This document shows positions 58,194 through 64,000 of a DNA stretch of 64,000 bases, one piece after another. The stretch is taken from the NCBI GenBank assembly GCA_043821445.1, contig JBDRCT010000037.1, positions 49,703 through 113,702 of the forward strand, in the 5' to 3' direction. The notes under the pieces are model-generated. The model was not told the origin of the DNA. It made no database searches and saw only the letters and a list, made by a program, of their open reading frames with translations. How positions within the stretch are numbered: position 1 is the first letter of the stretch; each line of letters starts with the position of its first letter. The DNA is from Candidatus Omnitrophota bacterium (lineage in GTDB: Bacteria > Omnitrophota > Omnitrophia > Omnitrophales > Aquincolibacteriaceae). The translations under genes were made by a program, and so were the position numbers.

Positions 58194-58221
58194 TTGATTT
58201 TTTTTGCCTGCCGACTAGAAT
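58194..58221 (+). promoter_or_regulatory. Putative sigma70 promoter of groEL
   Basis: TTGATT-N16-TAGAAT directly upstream of the CIRCE. Confidence 0.6.
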
Positions 58222-58231
58222 AACGCCTCGC

Positions 58232-58258
58232 TTGGCACTCTGAATTGCTGAGTGCCAG
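58232..58258 (+). promoter_or_regulatory. CIRCE element (HrcA operator)
   Basis: TTGGCACTC-N9-GAGTGCCAG versus consensus TTAGCACTC-N9-GAGTGCTAA, upstream of groEL. Confidence 0.9.
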
Positions 58259-58316
58259 CGCCTCGAAATGAATCTTCTCATCAAATAGATTCGTCATTCT
58301 GAAGCCAAAGAGCTGA

Positions 58317-60035
<1,719 letters not shown>

Positions 60036-60170
60036 TGACGACATCACTTAGCGAAGCTGCCAAGGACAGCGAGCTAAGTGATCCGTCGGAATTAACCCCG
60101 CGAAGCCGCAAGGTGTAGCGGGGTTGAGAAAACCGAAATCAAATACCAAATAAATAAAGGAGATCCAAAC

Positions 60171-60464
60171 ATGAAAGTCAGACCGTTAGCAGACAGAGTG
60201 CTCGTGGAAGTTCTTGAAGCGGAAGCGAAAACCAAGGGCGGCATCATCCTGCCGGACACCGCAAAGGAAGAAAAGACCGAGGGCAAGGTCATCGCCGTCG
60301 GCGCCGGGAAAATGCTCGAATCGGGCAAGATCCAGGCCATTGAAGTCAAAAAAGGCGATCGCGTGCTTTTCGGGAAATATTCCGGTGATGATCTCGTGAT
60401 CGACGGCGTCAAGCACAAGATCGTCAAAGAGAACGAGATCCTCGCCGTTTATGAAAAAGATTAG
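60171..60464 (+). CDS. groES: Co-chaperonin GroES
   Basis: PLADRVLV, TKGGIILPDTAKE and GDRVLFGKYSG. Confidence 0.97.
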   Translation: MKVRPLADRVLVEVLEAEAKTKGGIILPDTAKEEKTEGKVIAVGAGKMLESGKIQAIEVKKGDRVLFGKYSGDDLVIDGVKHKIVKENEILAVYEKD

Positions 60465-60538
60465 AAACAAGATGCAAGAAGCCGGAAGCAAAGAGGCGAA
60501 AAAAGTCTTTGCCTCTTGTTTCTCTGCTTCTCGCTTCT
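60463..60538. repeat. Heptamer hairpin (AGAAGCN / NGCTTCT)
   Basis: AGAAACA AGATGCA AGAAGCC GGAAGCA ... TGCCTCT TGTTTCT ..CGCTTCT. Confidence 0.75.
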
Positions 60539-60585
60539 GCGCTGCAGACAAAACGGTCTAATCAATTGAAAGAAGGAGAAAAATC

Positions 60586-62217
60586 ATGAGCGCTAAGTTA
60601 ATCTCGTACTCAGAAGAAGCGCGCCAGCGGATCAAACGCGGCGTCGACATCCTCGCAAGGGCTGTCAGCGTCACGCTCGGTCCCCGCGGCCGTAATGTCG
60701 TGATCGACAAGAAATTCGGCGCACCGCTTGTCACCAAAGACGGTGTCACGGTCGCCAAAGAGATCGACCTCAAGGACCCGTATGAGAATATGGGCGCCCA
60801 AATGGTCCGCGAAGTTGCCGAAAAGACCTCGGACACGGCCGGGGACGGCACCACGACCGCGACGGTCCTGGCCCAGTCCATCGTTGCCGAAGGCTTGAAG
60901 AACGTCACCGCAGGCGCCAATCCGATGGCACTGAAGCGCGGTATCGACAAGGCCTCCGCGAAGATCGTCGAAACGATCAAGAAAATGTCCAAAGCCGTGA
61001 AGGGCAAGGAAGACATCACCGCCGTCGGCGCGATCAGTGCCAATAACGATGAGTCGATCGGTCAGCTTTTGGCGGACGCCCTGGAAAAGGTCGGCAAAGA
61101 AGGCGTGATCACGGTCGAGGAGGCAAAGGGCCTTAAGACCGAGCTGGACGTGGTCGAGGGCATGCAATTCGATCGCGGCTATCTCTCGCCCTATTTCGTG
61201 ACCGATGCCGAGCGGATGGAAGTGGTCTTGAAGGAACCTTACATCCTTCTTTATGAAAAGAAGGTCAGTACGGTGAAGGACCTCGTCCCGGTGCTTGAGA
61301 AGGTGGCGCGCCTCGGGAAACCCCTCCTCATCATCTCCGAGGATATCGAAGGCGAAGCGCTCGCGACCCTGGTGGTCAATAAGATCCGCGGCGTGCTTCA
61401 GATCGCGGCCGTCAAGGCCCCCGGGTTCGGGGACCGCCGTAAGGCCCTGATGGAAGACATCGCGATCATCACCAAGGGCAAGTTCATCTCCGAGGACCTC
61501 GGCGTGAAGCTCGAGAACGTGGACCTTGAGATGCTCGGCACGGCCCAGCGGGTCGTGATCGATAAGGACAACACCACGATCGTGGGAAGCGCCGGCACCC
61601 AGAAGGACATCAAGGGACGCTGCGACCAGATCAAGGCGGAAATTGAACGGTCCGATTCCGATTATGACAAAGAAAAGCTCCAGGAACGTCTCGCGAAACT
61701 TTCCGGCGGCGTGGCCGTCGTAAAAGTCGGCGCGGCAACGGAGACGGAGATGAAAGAAACAAAGGCCCGCATCGAAGACGCGCTCCACGCGACCCGCGCG
61801 GCCATCGAAGAAGGCATCGTCCCGGGCGGCGGCGTGGCGCTTTTGCGCTCCATCGCATCACTCGACGACGTCAAAGTATCGGGGGATGAAGCCACCGGCC
61901 TTCAGATCGTGCGCCGGGCGCTTCAGGAACCCGCCCGCAAGATCGCCCACAACGCCGGCGCCGACGGATCGGTGGTCGTGAAAAAGATCCTCGAAGGCAA
62001 GGGCGCCTTCGGGTTCAACGCGCAGACCTGCGAGTACAGTGACCTCGTGGAAGACAAGGTCATTGACCCCGCCAAGGTCGTCCGCATCGCGGTGGAGAAC
62101 GCCTGCAGTATCGCGGGACTTATCGTCACGACCGAATGCGTGATCGCGGATAAGCCGAAGGAAGTCAAAGACGAGGACAAGAAGAAATCCTCGAACTACT
62201 CGGGCAGCATCGAATAG
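60586..62217 (+). CDS. groEL: Second chaperonin GroEL (no GGM tail)
   Basis: [17 protein letters not shown] and EGMQFDRGY; charged C-terminus. Confidence 0.97.
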   Translation: MSAKLISYSEEARQRIKRGVDILARAVSVTLGPRGRNVVIDKKFGAPLVTKDGVTVAKEIDLKDPYENMGAQMVREVAEKTSDTAGDGTTTATVLAQSIVAEGLKNVTAGANPMALKRGIDKASAKIVETIKKMSKAVKGKEDITAVGAISANNDESIGQLLADALEKVGKEGVITVEEAKGLKTELDVVEGMQFDRGYLSPYFVTDAERMEVVLKEPYILLYEKKVSTVKDLVPVLEKVARLGKPLLIISEDIEGEALATLVVNKIRGVLQIAAVKAPGFGDRRKALMEDIAIITKGKFISEDLGVKLENVDLEMLGTAQRVVIDKDNTTIVGSAGTQKDIKGRCDQIKAEIERSDSDYDKEKLQERLAKLSGGVAVVKVGAATETEMKETKARIEDALHATRAAIEEGIVPGGGVALLRSIASLDDVKVSGDEATGLQIVRRALQEPARKIAHNAGADGSVVVKKILEGKGAFGFNAQTCEYSDLVEDKVIDPAKVVRIAVENACSIAGLIVTTECVIADKPKEVKDEDKKKSSNYSGSIE

Positions 62218-62235
62218 TCCGAAGAGCACCCTAAC

Positions 62236-62274
62236 AAAAAAAGGGGCAGGCGTTAACCGCCTGCCCCTTTTTTT
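62236..62274. terminator. Bidirectional intrinsic terminator
   Basis: A7-GGGGCAGGCG-loop-CGCCTGCCCC-T7. Confidence 0.9.
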
Positions 62275-62305
62275 ATTGTGACCGATCTCTTATTTCTCAA
62301 GGGTC

Positions 62306-63367
62306 CTAATGAAGGATCCTGTCCAGATACCGTTCGAGTTTTGTCTCGAGGTCCAGCAGGGTCTTTTCAAAAACATCCAGCCCCTTTCCGATCGGGTCCT
62401 CCACATGGAGCGTGATCGTCCTCTCCCTGACCGAAGGTAGCCTCTTGGTGATATCATGGGCGTGTTGCGGCGCCATCGCGATCACCAGGTCCGCACTCCA
62501 CAGGTCCCCGCCGCGGCAGAGACGGCTGCGGAACTTGCTCAGATCGATCGCTAAGCTCCGCATCACGGTTTCCGCTTCGAGCGTGCAGGGGAGTCCGTCC
62601 CGGGCGCGCGTCCCGCAGGAAGCCACCTCGATCTCGCCGGCCAATCCCCTCTCTTCGATCTTTCGCTTGAGCCACCCTTCCGCCATCGGCGAACGGCAGA
62701 CGTTCCCCGTGCAAACGATCAGGATGCGTTTCCGGGGGCACTTCCCGGCGTGGATCTTTTCAACGGCCTTTTCCACGTCCGTGCTCTGCGCTCCCCTGCG
62801 AAGAATGGCCGGCATTTCGCCCGTCAGGTCCACGATCGTTGAAGTCATTTTAAATTCCGTCTTGCCGCCGTCAATCAGGCAGTCAAAACCGTCCGGCAGA
62901 CCCTCCAGCACCTGATGGGCCGTATGGGCCGACGGCTTCCCGCTTACGTTGGCGCCTGCCGTGATCAGCGGTTCTCCGGTCTCCCGGATCAGCGCGAGCG
63001 CGATCTTGTTCCTCGGGAGCCGGATCCCCATCTTCCGCCCGGCAAGATTGGACACGATCAAGGTGACCGGCCCCGGCCAGAACTGCTGCGCCATGAGGCG
63101 GAGGGACGGCGTTTTCTTGATCCCCAGCGCATCGAGCATCGCCCAGTCGCCGACATGATACATGAAAGGCGCCATTTCCGACCGCCCCGTGATCTCACAA
63201 AGCCGCTTTTCGGTCCCGGCCAAGCTCATCCGTCCGCCGACGATGTAGACCGTCTCCGTGGGGAACGCGATCACCTTGCCCTTTTTACAGGCTCCCGCCG
63301 CTTTCCGGATGCGCCCCTTCTCCGGGTCCCGGGCATTGATCTTCAAAATGGAAGGTTTTTTGTTCAT
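62306..63367 (-). CDS. TsaC/Sua5-like domain fused to a low-molecular-weight protein phosphatase
   Basis: FPTETVY, FWPGPVT and STIVD, followed by CTGNVCRSPMAE and DP; ATG at 63367. Confidence 0.88.
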   Translation of the reverse strand: MNKKPSILKINARDPEKGRIRKAAGACKKGKVIAFPTETVYIVGGRMSLAGTEKRLCEITGRSEMAPFMYHVGDWAMLDALGIKKTPSLRLMAQQFWPGPVTLIVSNLAGRKMGIRLPRNKIALALIRETGEPLITAGANVSGKPSAHTAHQVLEGLPDGFDCLIDGGKTEFKMTSTIVDLTGEMPAILRRGAQSTDVEKAVEKIHAGKCPRKRILIVCTGNVCRSPMAEGWLKRKIEERGLAGEIEVASCGTRARDGLPCTLEAETVMRSLAIDLSKFRSRLCRGGDLWSADLVIAMAPQHAHDITKRLPSVRERTITLHVEDPIGKGLDVFEKTLLDLETKLERYLDRILH

Positions 63368-63439
63368 AGCTTGATCTCTAACAGGCTGCAGCAAAGGTCC
63401 CGAAAAACATTTTAGATCCGGCTTGCGCCAAGAACGACG

Positions 63440-63838
63440 TCATTTATTTTTTGCACGCTTAAAAACGCGCTGCACGAAAACCAGGTATTCGGCGGATTCT
63501 TTCTCACTGATCAGCTGCCCCGCCCCGTAGAGGTCCTGATTCCGTTTCATTCGCATGGCATTCCCAAGAGTCAGGATATCCGGATCATCAAGCGCCGCGC
63601 TCATGCGTTCAAGGATCTTCACGTGATGGCCCGGAATACTGCGGACCTTCAGCCCTTCCGACGCAAGGATGGCGATGCCGGTCTTGATCAGAGCTTGAAA
63701 AGCGTAACTGAAGCGGACTTCCGGGAATGGATCCTTCTCGGCGATCACAAGGTCCCTGCGGGCGTTCTCAAACCGCGCGTTGATTTCTTCGACGGCAAAT
63801 GCGAACTTCTGAAAGAATTTTTTTTCCGGCCCTTTCAT
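63440..63838 (-). CDS. HEPN-domain protein (putative toxin of an MNT-HEPN pair)
   Basis: 132 aa helical protein with ARRDL, GHH and RNQDLY motifs; coupled by ATGA overlap to the upstream gene. Confidence 0.65.
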   Translation of the reverse strand: MKGPEKKFFQKFAFAVEEINARFENARRDLVIAEKDPFPEVRFSYAFQALIKTGIAILASEGLKVRSIPGHHVKILERMSAALDDPDILTLGNAMRMKRNQDLYGAGQLISEKESAEYLVFVQRVFKRAKNK

Positions 63839-64000
63839 AAAAGGCGGACCTTTTTCTTTTTCGCGAGAGACTTGAGGAAAGGGTCCTTCTTGATTTTCTC
63901 TCTATACTCCTTCGTCCCTATGCTGATCACATTGATCTCGCGGTCGCTCTCCTTCTGCAGCGCCCCCACGGCCCTTTGAAGCGCGAGAGTGTCGTGCCCT
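63835..64000 (-). CDS. Minimal nucleotidyltransferase-like protein (C-terminal part only)
   Basis: Translation ...LQKESDREINVISIG..EY..DPFLK..VRLL*; stop overlaps the HEPN ATG. Confidence 0.6.
   Translation of the reverse strand, partial: GHDTLALQRAVGALQKESDREINVISIGTKEYREKIKKDPFLKSLAKKKKVRLL

Overview
Core chromosome of a GC-rich bacterium; a PVC-superphylum (e.g. Omnitrophota-like) origin is an inference from the groEL-groES-groEL layout and the TsaC-phosphatase fusion. In order, the window holds: an 11-subunit complex I-like operon (nuoABCD-I-H-JKLMN, no nuoEFG); an RluA-family gene; a ~13 kb two-component signalling block bracketed by 92-bp direct repeats and containing two four-helix-bundle (IVS-protein/Avd-like) genes; REC-GGDEF-EAL, scramblase-like, AhpD-like, K+ channel and glgA genes; a dlt/algI-like acylation cluster (four tandem mosaic SGNH-like genes, ACP, ABC importer, adenylation enzyme, MBOAT); a CsoR-regulated cus efflux operon with a frameshifted cusB; tsaB-alr-birA-coaX; CIRCE-controlled groEL-groES-groEL; a TsaC-LMW phosphatase fusion; and an MNT-HEPN pair. 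The most notable unexplained structure is a dense set of small palindromic elements. These include heptamer-periodic hairpins that enclose each four-helix-bundle gene and also occur empty or inside genes, CCCGTTAGA..TCTAACGGG elements inserted at start codons, and REP-like hairpins inserted in frame in proteins. No rRNA, tRNA, CRISPR array or transposase was recognised.
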